A stretch of DNA of 64,000 nt from Trypanosoma brucei (GCA_000002445.1 CP000071.1:2112001-2176000); one strand, 5' to 3'; shown: positions 54,147 to 64,000, numbered from the stretch's first letter. The notes: generated by a model not told the origin, from the letters alone. A program made the numbers and translations.

Positions 54147-55802
54147 ATGAAGGTGCAGATGGCATCGCAACGCAGCGGAGCCGCGTCTCTAAAAGTGTTG
54201 AAGGTTGTGGACGAAAGCAACAGCATCAGTGATGGTAATAAAAATAATAGTGGAACCGGCCCAACTGGGGCGAGTAGGAGCGATAAGCACGTAAAGAACT
54301 GCGAGGCACGGAAGCGTGAAAAGCAGTTCCTGAAGAAAAAGCAGCGTTGCAAAAACAGTGATGAGCACAACAGCATGGGAGGAGATGGAAGTTGTGAACA
54401 GCAGGCCGACGACCCAGGATCGAAATATGTCTATTTCGAAGGAGGAGCGGACATGCCGGCAGGTTCGACAGTCCTCTTGTCCATAGCATTCACCGGAAGG
54501 GTGCAGGCATGGGACCAAGGTGGCATTTACGCCGGGGAGCAGAGGGAGGGAGGGGCAGGTTCACGAGTTCTACTCACACATTTTGAGGTTGCCTTGGCTC
54601 GCTTGGCTTTTCCATGTCCTGATGATCCACAAGAGTACCGTATCGTATGGCAATTGCAATTACTGCAATTACCGGCGGAGTACAACATGGTGGTGAGCAA
54701 CACAACTGAGATTACAAAGAAGGCTGTGGGAAGCAGAGGCATGCAGTACTCGTTCGCTCCCATTGGACCACTGCCCGCCTATGTGATTGCCTTCGCTGCC
54801 TTCGCAGGAGCAGTTGAGGTGCTAGAAGAAGACTTGCAGCTGCGCGGACTCCCGGCCGTCGAGTACATCGAGCAAACTACTAATGGTAAGAGTCTTTCTG
54901 GCCACGATGGTAAGGGCAACCACGCGATGAGGACAGTAACGATGCGGGTTGTCACTCATGCGACGAGCGGGGTGGCTCCACCTGTACTCGCGCAAGTGGC
55001 CCACACGGCACGTGATGCCATCCGGCTACTGGAAGACTTTTTCGACTCACCGATACCTCTCCAACAGCTGCCGTTCTGTTCCTCACATTCTTCAAACGAC
55101 CACTGGGGTAGCGATTATTACTGTTGTGAGTGGCAGCAGTATGGAGGGGGTGAAACACTAACTATTGTCGTCGCACCAACAATGCCGTACATCTCGGGCA
55201 TGGAGCATCATGGTTGTATCTTTCTTAATGAATCCATCTACAGTCTTACGCAGTCCGTCGGAGGCACAGGTGCCAGAGGAGCATCAAGGTCTAACGCACC
55301 GGGTTCCGAGACCGTCGTCGAGGTGGAACGTGTGGAGCTTATCGTGCACGAGCTTGTGCATCATTGGGTGGGGAATGCCCTCGGAATGCCCTTTGTACTC
55401 AAAGAGGGCGTCTGTCAGTTAATGGAGCAGTGTCTTGGCGATGTGATTATGGGAAGGCCCATGAGAAAAGTGAGGCCTGCTGCGACGGGTGCCAACACGA
55501 CAGCGTCTAACATCAACACGGACTCGGCAAAAACGCGGGCGGATGACGCGAATTTGGTAATTGTGGATGCGGAAAAGGGAAAGGAGTTCACATTCCACTC
55601 CTATCAAAAGGCGCTAAACACACTGAGGAATGTGGTGAGCGTTATGGGGTTTAACGTATTCAAGGAGCGGATGCAACGGATGTACGCGTCGGAAGTGCTC
55701 GAGGACGCAAGAAGTAAAACCTCGTCGCTTCCACCGTATGTATCAGCAACAAAATTCATGGCCTACATGAATCCGCAAGATGCTGCGCTGTACTGTACGT
55801 GA
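54147..55802 (+). CDS. M1-family (aminopeptidase N / LTA4-hydrolase-like) metallopeptidase-like protein, divergent active site
   Basis: N-terminal M1 beta-domain match (THFEVALARLAFPCPDDPQEYRIVWQLQL..MVVSNT). A GMEHHG segment stands in the GAMEN position (about 55197-55214) and HELVHHW (55339-55362) provides HExxH. The downstream Glu (LKEGVCQLME) is 4 residues closer than the canonical HExxH-x18-E. The 6-frame ORF starts at 53847, but homology begins after Met101 (54147). Confidence 0.75.
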   Translation: MKVQMASQRSGAASLKVLKVVDESNSISDGNKNNSGTGPTGASRSDKHVKNCEARKREKQFLKKKQRCKNSDEHNSMGGDGSCEQQADDPGSKYVYFEGGADMPAGSTVLLSIAFTGRVQAWDQGGIYAGEQREGGAGSRVLLTHFEVALARLAFPCPDDPQEYRIVWQLQLLQLPAEYNMVVSNTTEITKKAVGSRGMQYSFAPIGPLPAYVIAFAAFAGAVEVLEEDLQLRGLPAVEYIEQTTNGKSLSGHDGKGNHAMRTVTMRVVTHATSGVAPPVLAQVAHTARDAIRLLEDFFDSPIPLQQLPFCSSHSSNDHWGSDYYCCEWQQYGGGETLTIVVAPTMPYISGMEHHGCIFLNESIYSLTQSVGGTGARGASRSNAPGSETVVEVERVELIVHELVHHWVGNALGMPFVLKEGVCQLMEQCLGDVIMGRPMRKVRPAATGANTTASNINTDSAKTRADDANLVIVDAEKGKEFTFHSYQKALNTLRNVVSVMGFNVFKERMQRMYASEVLEDARSKTSSLPPYVSATKFMAYMNPQDAALYCT

Positions 55803-56336
55803 AGATATATGCGAAAAGACGGGGAGTGGATCTGTACCTTTCGTGATTAAACGTTACTAAGGAATGAGGAGTAAATTTGTTGTGCAACTGACGAGGAAGC
55901 GCGGTCGGCGGTGCTGGTACGTCCCGCAATGGACAAATGACCGCCAACACGACCGCCGGAGCACATGAACTGCTACTATGCTTCTTTGCTTCGGCAGCCA
56001 TATCATCGTTGAGGGACTGGAGCCGCCAATGTTCTTGTCCCCTTGGGCGTTGGCGCTCCTTCACCCCTCATCTCCGCCACGTTGCCTCACCTCAACCCCC
56101 GCCACCAGGCAAGACGAAACGAAAATGAAGGGTTCGGTAAACACATCACCACCGCTTGTTCCTGTTCTTCGTTCATGATCGTCTGCATTTTTCTCCCCCC
56201 TTTTGGCGCACTCTTCTTCATTTGTAGTTTTGTGCACTTGCTTCCTTCTACCCTCTAAGGACAACACCAGAAGAACGGAATCCAACTGCACCAACTGCGA
56301 GACGAAACTGGGAGAGGAGGAAAACAGCAGACGGCC

Positions 56337-57413
56337 ATGCGACGCAGTGTTGTGACATCTCTTCACACAGCTTCGTTTGCTTCACTCACCAGAGTTGGAG
56401 TTTTCAATGTCGCTGCTGTTGCGCATTTAGCGATCCGTTCACAAACAACAATGCACGGGGCACCGGGTAATACTTCCCCAGGGCCCCGACCTCCGGTACA
56501 GCAAGGAACAGTTCCAATGCAACATCACCAGCAGATGCATCCATCGGCAGTGGGTGCGGAGGCAGAAGATGACTTTGAGCCTCCATGCAAGCCGTCGGAG
56601 CCTCCAAAAATGCTGAAGGTAGACACAAGTGACCGGGGCATCACGACAGTAGCACTTAATCGCGCACCCGTGAACTCACTCAGTCTAGAGCTCTTTGAAG
56701 AACTCAACAGTTGGATGTTGTGGCTTGGCAGCGACGAAAGTTGCAGGGCGGTCATCCTAACATCCTCCATACCCACAGTCTTCTCAGCGGGTCTGGACAT
56801 AAACGAGTTACACAATCCAGAGCCCGAGCGCCTCCGGCGCTTTTGGAAGAGCTTTCAGGAGGCGTGGCTCATTCTCAACAGCTTCCCGAAACCAATCATC
56901 GGAGCGGTTAGCGGCAATTCTCCAGCTGGTGGATGCGTTCTCGCTCTTGGTTGTGATTTTCGTGTGATGCTCCGGCACCCGACCGATAAACCCGATCGGC
57001 CATTCCGTATTGGGCTCAACGAGACGAAACTTGGTATAACCACACCACCCTGGGTTGTGCCCGCCTATGCGTACGTTCTCGGTTCGCGACGTGCTGAGAG
57101 GATGCTTCAACTTGGTGATACGCCCACCGCTGACGAAGCACTGCGAGTGGGCTTGGTTGATTTGGTTGTGGATGGGGAACAGCAGCTCCGTGAAGCAGTC
57201 TTGAAGGAGGCTGAGCGCTTCCTGTCAGTTCCACAACAATCCCGCTGGATGCTACGTGACATGCTCCGCCGCGAGTATTTGCAGGTCATTGGCTCCGAGG
57301 AAGACAGAGAATATGACACGCAGTTCTTCGTGGAGCTCATGATGAACCCGGACGTGCAGAAGAGTCTCGAAGCCTTCACAGCGCGTCTGAAGGGAGTGGC
57401 AGCGAAAAAGTAA
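56337..57413 (+). CDS. mitochondrial delta3,delta2-enoyl-CoA isomerase (crotonase superfamily)
   Basis: Presequence-like N-terminus and a crotonase fold (ITTVALNRAPVNSLSLELFEEL ... AVILTSSIPTVFSAGLDINEL ... PIIGAVSGNSPAGGCVLALGCDFRVM) matching ECI/DCI-type isomerases. Confidence 0.85.
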   Translation: MRRSVVTSLHTASFASLTRVGVFNVAAVAHLAIRSQTTMHGAPGNTSPGPRPPVQQGTVPMQHHQQMHPSAVGAEAEDDFEPPCKPSEPPKMLKVDTSDRGITTVALNRAPVNSLSLELFEELNSWMLWLGSDESCRAVILTSSIPTVFSAGLDINELHNPEPERLRRFWKSFQEAWLILNSFPKPIIGAVSGNSPAGGCVLALGCDFRVMLRHPTDKPDRPFRIGLNETKLGITTPPWVVPAYAYVLGSRRAERMLQLGDTPTADEALRVGLVDLVVDGEQQLREAVLKEAERFLSVPQQSRWMLRDMLRREYLQVIGSEEDREYDTQFFVELMMNPDVQKSLEAFTARLKGVAAKK

Positions 57414-57669
57414 CTTAAATAAACTGTCCAGCAAGAGAACGAAGTTTGATTACTATTTTTTTATTTTATTTTCGGTGGCAACCCGTGAACGAAGTGCGCC
57501 TTGTGAAACCGGGGAAACGCAGCCCTTCCCCTCAGTGGTAAAAATGAGGATGGCGAACGGGTATTTAACGCATTTAATCACAAACGTATCGTATGCAAAA
57601 ACACTCACAGGTGTGTGGAGAAGTTCATAAAGAAAGCTACATCAGAAAAGGGGGCGCAAAGTCGCGTGT

Positions 57670-60600
57670 GTGGTGCGCCTGCAAACCTTTTACCGCCCTT
57701 TCTTGCGTAAAAATTGTTGGCAAAAGGGTAAAGAGGGTCAAAGGTGTCGAAGACTAGTTGCACATGTTACAGACGTTGTAATAAACATGTGTGTGGGTAC
57801 AGTGCCCACACTCTCCCTTGCGTTACGTTTACCTCACGCGCATGGTTACTCACCTTTCATTTTCTCTGGCATCTACGCTCTCTCGTATACCATTAGTGAT
57901 CGTAGGACAACGAAATTGATAGGAATGCTGGACACCAATGGGACTGCAGAACTCACCGTGCACTGTGCGAGTCCGCTACAGCCCTCAAGTAACAGTCGTA
58001 ACTCGAAGCAGTTAAGCCCCATAACACCGATCGCCAGCACCATCCACTCGGCAAGCGCCAACAGTCCACTCTCTCAATGCCAGCAGAACACCGCAGAGGT
58101 TGGCATCGGGGGACCGCACTTTGCGCTTGCATTGACTGCTGTCGGGGCTGACACCGCTGCCGGGGAGGCGGTTTCCATTGCAAACGGAACATTCAGTGGC
58201 AACGGGCTCTCGGCCTACGTATCGAAATTGTCGGAAATAGTTGGTGAACCGCCATTTACAGAGGAAGAGATACTTGAAGAATTGGAAAAACTGCGCACAC
58301 GCTCACAGCTAACGTCAGCACCTTTCAACCGTCGATTATTACCCATACTTGCACGGTATCAGCTAAGAGAGAAGTGGGGGCCAGCAGCGGAGCCGTACGC
58401 CGAGCGTCTCGTCACAGATGATGGTTCAGTGGTTCCTTCATTCCTCCCAGAATTGCATCGTATTCGTGAAAGACGGCAGCAGCTGGATAAGGTGCAGAAG
58501 TGCCGCTCCTTCCACTGCTACAAAATACCACCACCACCGCTCCGACCCCAAGGAGAAACATCCACCACGCGACCACTACTGGAGGAGGAGTTAGTCGCGG
58601 CCAAACAGTTTACACGTTCTTGGCTGGGGCCTTCTCACAAAGCAACGCCTGATACCAATGATTACAAACACACTTTCAACAACGAGGGACAACAAACGCC
58701 AAGGGGGAAAAGAATCCCTGATGTGTTTTCCAGTCCGCAGACACCACAGACGCCGACAACGGAAAAAGATCACACGGCTCCGCAGCGGTTGCAAACTCCC
58801 ACCCAGATACACACGGCAATGCAGTCCAGTCGCACCAAGACTATGCTGGTTAACAGTACCATAGACATCCCAAATAATCAGGGAAACGATGCCAATGAAT
58901 CCCGTATACGAGGTATGAGTGCCAGCAGCCTGCTGGTTAACAGTACCATAGACATCCCAAATAATCAGGGAAACGATGCCAATGAATCCCGTATACGAGG
59001 TATGAGTGCCAGCAGCCTGCTGGTTAACAGTACCATAGACATCCCAAATAATCAGGGAAACGATGCCAATGAATCCCGTATACGAGGTATGAGTGCCAGC
59101 AGCCTGCTGGTTAACAGTACCATGGGCATCCCAAATAATCAGGGAAACGATGCCAATGAATCCCGTATACGAGGTATGAGTGCCAGCAGCCTGCTGGTTA
59201 ACAGTACCATAGACATCCCAAATAATCAGGGAAACGATGCCAATGAATCCCGTATACGAGGTATGAGTGCCAGCAGCCTGCTGGTTAACAGTACCATAGA
59301 CATCCCAAATAATCAGGGAAACGATGCCAATGAATCCCGTATACGAGGTATGAGTGCCAGCAGCCTGTTGGTTAACAGTACCATGGGCATCCCAAATAAT
59401 CAGAGAAACGATGCCAATGAATCCCGTATACGAGGTATGAGTGCCAGCAGCCTGTTGGTTAACAGTACCATGGGCATCCCAAATAATCAGGGAAACGATG
59501 CCAATGAATCCCGTATACGAGGTCTGAGTGCCAGCAGCCTGTTGGTTAACAGTACCATGGACATCCCAAATAATCAGGGAAACGATGCCAATGAATCCCG
59601 TATACGAGGTATGAGTGCCAGCAGCCTGTTGGTTAACAGTACCATGGGCATCCCAAATAATCAGGGAAACGATGCCAATGAATCCCGTATACGAGGTATG
59701 AGTGCCAGCAGCCTGCTGGTTAACAGTACCATAGACATCCCAAATAATCAGGGAAACGATGCCAATGAATCCCGTATACGAGGTATGAGTGCCAGCAGCC
59801 TGCTGGTTAACAGTACCATGGGCATCCCAAATAATCAGGGAAACGATGCCAATGAATCCCGTATACGAGGTCTGAGTACCAGCAGCCTGTTGGTTAACAG
59901 TACCATGGACATCCCAAATAATCAGGGAAACGATGCCAATGAATCCCGTATACGAGGTCTGAGTACCAGCAGCCTGTTGGTTAACAGTACCATAGACATC
60001 CCAAATAATCAGGGAAACGATGCCAATGAATCCCGTATACGAGGTATGAGTGCCAGCAGCCTGTTGGTTAACAGTACCATGGGCATCCCAAATAATCAGG
60101 GAAACGATGCCAATGAATCCCGTATACGAGGTATGAGTGCCAGCAGCCTGTTGGTTAACAGTACCATGGGCATCCCAAATAATCAGGGAAACGATGCCAA
60201 TGAATCCCGTATACGAGGTATGAGTGCCAGCAGCCTGCTGGTTAACAGTACCATGGGCATCCCAAATAATCAGGGAAACGATGCCAATGAATCCCGTATA
60301 CGAGGTCTGAGTGCCAGCAGCCTGCTGGTTAACAGTACCATAGACATCCCAAATAATCAGGGAAACGATGCCAATGAATCCCGTATACGAGGTCTGAGTG
60401 CCAGCAGCCTGTTGGTTAACAGTACCATGGGCATCCCAAATAATCAGGGAAACGATGCCAATGAATCCCGTATACGAGGTATGAGTGCCAGCAGCCTGTT
60501 GGTTAACAGTACCATAGACATCCCAAATAATCAGGGAAACGATGCCAATGAATCCCGTATACGAGGTCTGAGTGCCAGCAGCCTGCTGGTTAACAGTACC

Positions 60601-61254
60601 ATAGACATCCCAAATAATCAGGGAAACGATGCCAATGAATCCCGTATACGAGGTCTGAGTGCCAGCAGCCTGTTGGTTAACAGTACCATGGACATCCCAA
60701 ATAATCAGGGAAACGATGCCAATGAATCCCGTATACGAGGTCTGAGTACCAGCAGCCTGTTGGTTAACAGTACCATGGGCATCCCAAATAATCAGGGAAA
60801 CGATGCCAATGAATCCCGTATACGAGGTCTGAGTGCCAGCAGCCTGTTGGTTAACAGTACCATGGGCATCCCAAATAATCAGGGAAACGATGCCAATGAA
60901 TCCCGTATACGAGGTATGAGTGCCAGCAGCCTGTTGGTTAACAGTACCATGGACATCCCAAATAATCAGGGAAACGATGCCAATGAATCCCGTATACGAG
61001 GTCTGAGTACCAGCAGCCTGTTGGTTAACAGTACCATAGACATCCCAAATAATCAGGGAAACGATGCCAATGAATCCCGTATACGAGGTCTGAGTGCCAG
61101 CAGCCTGTTGGTTAACAGTACCATGGGCATCCCAAATAATCAGGGAAACGATGCCAATGAATCCCGTATACGAGGTCTGAGTGCCAGCAGCCTGTTGGTT
61201 AACAGTACCATGGGCATCCCAAATAATCATGGACGGAGTGCGAAAAATATTTGA
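57670..61254 (+). CDS. large repetitive protein: unique N-terminal region (about 390 aa) followed by about 27 tandem 29-aa repeats
   Basis: ORF of 1194 aa. From about nt 58846 the sequence is an 87-bp unit (LVNSTIDIPNNQGNDANESRIRGMSASSL) repeated head-to-tail in frame to about 61230, then a short unique tail (GRSAKNI*). Each unit contains an N-S-T sequon. Units differ at only a few positions (TID/TMG/TMD; GMSAS/GLSAS/GLSTS; one QRN). Confidence 0.8.
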   Translation: MVRLQTFYRPFLRKNCWQKGKEGQRCRRLVAHVTDVVINMCVGTVPTLSLALRLPHAHGYSPFIFSGIYALSYTISDRRTTKLIGMLDTNGTAELTVHCASPLQPSSNSRNSKQLSPITPIASTIHSASANSPLSQCQQNTAEVGIGGPHFALALTAVGADTAAGEAVSIANGTFSGNGLSAYVSKLSEIVGEPPFTEEEILEELEKLRTRSQLTSAPFNRRLLPILARYQLREKWGPAAEPYAERLVTDDGSVVPSFLPELHRIRERRQQLDKVQKCRSFHCYKIPPPPLRPQGETSTTRPLLEEELVAAKQFTRSWLGPSHKATPDTNDYKHTFNNEGQQTPRGKRIPDVFSSPQTPQTPTTEKDHTAPQRLQTPTQIHTAMQSSRTKTMLVNSTIDIPNNQGNDANESRIRGMSASSLLVNSTIDIPNNQGNDANESRIRGMSASSLLVNSTIDIPNNQGNDANESRIRGMSASSLLVNSTMGIPNNQGNDANESRIRGMSASSLLVNSTIDIPNNQGNDANESRIRGMSASSLLVNSTIDIPNNQGNDANESRIRGMSASSLLVNSTMGIPNNQRNDANESRIRGMSASSLLVNSTMGIPNNQGNDANESRIRGLSASSLLVNSTMDIPNNQGNDANESRIRGMSASSLLVNSTMGIPNNQGNDANESRIRGMSASSLLVNSTIDIPNNQGNDANESRIRGMSASSLLVNSTMGIPNNQGNDANESRIRGLSTSSLLVNSTMDIPNNQGNDANESRIRGLSTSSLLVNSTIDIPNNQGNDANESRIRGMSASSLLVNSTMGIPNNQGNDANESRIRGMSASSLLVNSTMGIPNNQGNDANESRIRGMSASSLLVNSTMGIPNNQGNDANESRIRGLSASSLLVNSTIDIPNNQGNDANESRIRGLSASSLLVNSTMGIPNNQGNDANESRIRGMSASSLLVNSTIDIPNNQGNDANESRIRGLSASSLLVNSTIDIPNNQGNDANESRIRGLSASSLLVNSTMDIPNNQGNDANESRIRGLSTSSLLVNSTMGIPNNQGNDANESRIRGLSASSLLVNSTMGIPNNQGNDANESRIRGMSASSLLVNSTMDIPNNQGNDANESRIRGLSTSSLLVNSTIDIPNNQGNDANESRIRGLSASSLLVNSTMGIPNNQGNDANESRIRGLSASSLLVNSTMGIPNNHGRSAKNI
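58846..61230 (+). repeat. 87-bp tandem repeat array, about 27 copies, >95% identical, in-frame within the 57670..61254 CDS
   Basis: Direct reading: CTGGTTAACAGTACC starts at 58846 and again at 58933 (period 87) and continues to about 61230. Variants are limited to a few codons. Confidence 0.95.
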
Positions 61255-62410
61255 AAAGGGGCTAGTTTTGCCTCATTTTCTCAAGTTACATTTTTATTTA
61301 AGTGGGATGCCCTTAAATTTTTCAGTGGTTACGCTCTTTCGTTTCCTAGTGTGGCCTTTTGTGGCGTTGTCTTTTATTGGAGATTTTAACGTTCGAGGAT
61401 GGCTGCGGGGCCTCCAGTTGTTACTAGCTTCTGTTGAGAGTGATTGTTCTTTTTCCTTTCTCTCTACATACTTTACATGAAGAAAGCTGCTATGTTTCTG
61501 TTTTCTAACCATATTTTCCTCTTGTTGATATATTTGTTACAGTCGTTGCTACTGTACGCACTTAAATTTTTTACTCAGATGAATTTCCGTCGTCATTATT
61601 AATATTATTCCTACTTGTCCATTTCACTGCTAAGGTGAGTGTTAAATAGAGTTGTGTACATATCTGGCATTAACATGGTGTCCAAACCAAGATAAATTGA
61701 AACGTAGTCAACTTATTTTTTTTTTTTCAAACATTTTAGAATGTGCGCTCGGGTGTCGTGGGGATCTTTTCACGCTATTTGAGGTTGATGATTGTTACTT
61801 GGATATACTCGAAATTGAACTTTAAGTCACGGCCATCATTCTTGTGGGGACACACGCTGGTTGGCAGTTGCATTTTCTTACGGGAAAGGTAGGGAGGGTA
61901 AAGCAAAGCAAAACTAAAAGTGTGGAGGAGGGGTCCTGCACTTATTTATTGACGGACTAATTTGTCACGTTTACTTGACGAATTATTTTCCCAGGGGAAA
62001 GAGGTGCTTTGGAAGCTGCTGCAACAAAAGTAAAGGAGGGACAGTGGCGCTCGCGCTGCCATCCCCGATGGGGAATATTCCAATAATTGCGCGTGCATCC
62101 GCATCCTTTTCTAGTGTCTGACCGTGTGATTGCCGGCTTTATTTTTTCTTTTTCATCCACGCTTCTCACCTCCTTCGTTTCTTGGCGTCACCACCGCGGT
62201 TATTGTTATTGATGTCATTGGATTTTTGCGGAAGTTTGCTGCTTTCTTTTTCGTTCCGCCTGTTTATGTATCCTACTCTCGTTGGCTTTGTTTGATCCTA
62301 ATCACAGTCCACAGGGGGTTGCCCAGGTGAAGTAACGTAAGTACTTAGTGGAGGTGCTTTAGTGAACAAGAAGATAAATAGAAAAAGGTGCGGGAGAGGT
62401 AGAGAGGGAA

Positions 62411-63943
62411 ATGCCCCAAACGGTTCAGAAGCGACAAACACACGGAAGGAGCCGGCGTGGTTACGATTTTGTCCTTGAAGGCGTCCCTATGTACGATTCA
62501 CCGGACATAAGTAGTGACAGCAGTGACATAGAGCGTACACGCACCATGGCACCACCCCATGGACAAAATTGGGGCCCAGCCGCGTATCCTAAACCATCAG
62601 CAGCGGGTGCGGTAGCTCCACCGTACCGCCACCAGAAACAACAACAACAACAGCAGCAACAGCAGCAAGAACATGCCCGGCAACAACTACTCTTGCAGCA
62701 AAAGTGGTTGGAACAACAACAGGCGGCATTCCACCAACGACAGCAGGAGTTGTCTCGTGCAGAATATCAACGATCTCACAAAACACAACAGCAAAGCCAA
62801 CAGTCATCCCACAACCACACAGAAACGCGCGATGCACGCAGAACTATCATGGGCGACTCCACGGGACGCGGCAGCCGCGAACGCTGCCCGCCAGTGGATG
62901 ATATTGACTACGTAAAATACTTCCCGGAGAGGGGGCCACGCGTAATGGAATACACGTCACCTGGGTTCAATACCAACCCCTCCACCACCGTAGCCCAACA
63001 CATTCAAAGTGGCCACAATGCACAGTTCACCACCATGCGGCCTTCGGCCCGTAGCCAGCAGCATTTGGAATGTCCCGGCAACCACAACAACACCGTGGTG
63101 GGAGCCTACGGGACGGGGGAGACAGCTGATACGAGAAATACGGGGGCCAGGGAGACGGCAATCGTTGGTGGAGGCGTACATTACGGGGCCCAGAGCTTAC
63201 AAGCCACCGGCAAGTGCGCGGCCAGGTATGCAAGTACGCTTTATTTGGAAAATGACCATCCGTCAGCTCAAGTGCCCAACGGGTACACCGTAGAGATGGG
63301 AAACTCAGGTCTTTTCACTCTAGCTAACTATCCTGATGCGGACAAGGGGGCCGTAACGAACGAAAACCGCTTCAGCGGCGGAGCCGTCAAGCCGCGGTGG
63401 ACATCTGTGAGCACCACCCCCATGGAATGTCGTACACCACCTTCAGTTGCCACTGCACCGCAGTACAGGAACACAGCAGCTTGTGATTCTACAGGCGGAG
63501 ATATCTTCTCTGGGGATTATGAATTTATGCCTGTTGAATTGGGGCAGTGTGACTTCCGCACCCTCCACGCGGTTACCCTCTCTACAGAACCCACACCACC
63601 CTTCACGCCGTCGCACGCTAGTGTGGAATCGAGAGGCGGAAAAAGGAACGCCCTATTGCCCCCAGTGGGGCACAGAGACTTATCGTATTTTGAATCATTG
63701 CCACAGAAGCAACAAAAGCAGCAGAGACGAACATCTAAACAGGGAGATGTGCAAGACGTTAGTGAAGCATCTCTCCCATTCGCGGTACCACAGGAGTACC
63801 AGTATTTAAACAATGACTTGACCGATCCAAATTCGAGTCTTCCGGCCCCTGCTATGTCGGTTGAAACCACACATAAGTCTGAGAAGGCACAAACGCGGAA
63901 GGTTATCGACTCGTCCAATCCCCGACGGTGGATTGTGCTGTAG
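62411..63943 (+). CDS. hypothetical Gln-rich low-complexity protein
   Basis: 510-aa ORF with a poly-Q/QQ-rich segment (QKQQQQQQQQQQEHARQQLLLQQKWLEQQQ) from CAG/CAA repeats at about 62640-62720, Ser/Thr/Pro-rich flanks, and the same orientation as neighbours. Confidence 0.6.
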   Translation: MPQTVQKRQTHGRSRRGYDFVLEGVPMYDSPDISSDSSDIERTRTMAPPHGQNWGPAAYPKPSAAGAVAPPYRHQKQQQQQQQQQQEHARQQLLLQQKWLEQQQAAFHQRQQELSRAEYQRSHKTQQQSQQSSHNHTETRDARRTIMGDSTGRGSRERCPPVDDIDYVKYFPERGPRVMEYTSPGFNTNPSTTVAQHIQSGHNAQFTTMRPSARSQQHLECPGNHNNTVVGAYGTGETADTRNTGARETAIVGGGVHYGAQSLQATGKCAARYASTLYLENDHPSAQVPNGYTVEMGNSGLFTLANYPDADKGAVTNENRFSGGAVKPRWTSVSTTPMECRTPPSVATAPQYRNTAACDSTGGDIFSGDYEFMPVELGQCDFRTLHAVTLSTEPTPPFTPSHASVESRGGKRNALLPPVGHRDLSYFESLPQKQQKQQRRTSKQGDVQDVSEASLPFAVPQEYQYLNNDLTDPNSSLPAPAMSVETTHKSEKAQTRKVIDSSNPRRWIVL

Positions 63944-64000
63944 AGACTCCAAAGGAGAGCGGAGCAAACCTGCACATGAAGACGCGCGGAGAAAGTTCGG

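Noticed and set aside
58591-61230. 879-aa ORF on the - strand across the tandem repeats
   Set aside because: It is the reverse complement of the 87-bp in-frame repeat; any frame without stops in one unit stays open for the whole array. The + strand ORF has a unique N-terminal region, a proper stop and the same orientation as all neighbours, so the - strand ORF is an artefact.
58846-61230. Regular 87-bp direct repeats considered as a possible CRISPR-like array
   Set aside because: Repeats are contiguous with no spacers and in-frame coding, and the context is eukaryotic. This is a protein-coding tandem repeat, not a CRISPR array.
1-64000. Search for spliced-leader RNA gene, rRNA, or retroposon (ingi/RIME/SLACS-like) sequences
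   Set aside because: I found no match to the conserved SL exon core (…CTGTACTATATTG) and no rRNA-like conserved blocks. There is no long ORF with RT/endonuclease motifs or poly(A)-flanked target-site duplication. None could be supported.

Overview
The window reads as nuclear DNA from a kinetoplastid, most likely a Trypanosoma of the brucei group. There are about 20 intron-less protein-coding genes, all on the + strand between roughly 3.8 kb and 64 kb. They are separated by 0.4-3 kb non-coding spacers that carry polypyrimidine tracts and purine-rich blocks, consistent with a single RNA pol II polycistronic unit processed by trans-splicing. No bacterial operon structure, CRISPR array, rRNA or tRNA gene could be supported. 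Recognised genes, in order, are the RNA polymerase II largest subunit (RPB1, non-heptad CTD), calreticulin, a PP1-type Ser/Thr phosphatase, a dihydrolipoamide-dehydrogenase-like flavoprotein lacking its catalytic residues, a double TerD-domain protein, a small cytochrome bc1 hinge (QCR6-like) ORF, a class-3 secreted lipase, an alpha-kinase, a CDF/ZnT zinc transporter with a His-rich loop, a WD-repeat protein, a large orphan helical protein, a HAD-IIA phosphatase, an M1-family aminopeptidase-like protein, a mitochondrial enoyl-CoA isomerase, and a large protein ending in about 27 near-identical 87-bp (29-aa) tandem repeats. Several low-complexity orphan proteins sit among these. The first about 3.8 kb has no credible ORF on either strand and contains C homopolymers and (GA)n, (TA)n and (CA)n microsatellites; it may be a polycistron boundary. 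The DLDH-like / PP1 / RPB1 / calreticulin order matches my recollection of the duplicated RPB1 loci on T. brucei chromosomes 4 and 8, but I cannot verify this without a database. I see no self-contained novel system in the prokaryotic sense. The most unusual elements are the TerD/C2-like protein, the catalytically dead DLDH paralogue, the repeat protein and the alpha-kinase.
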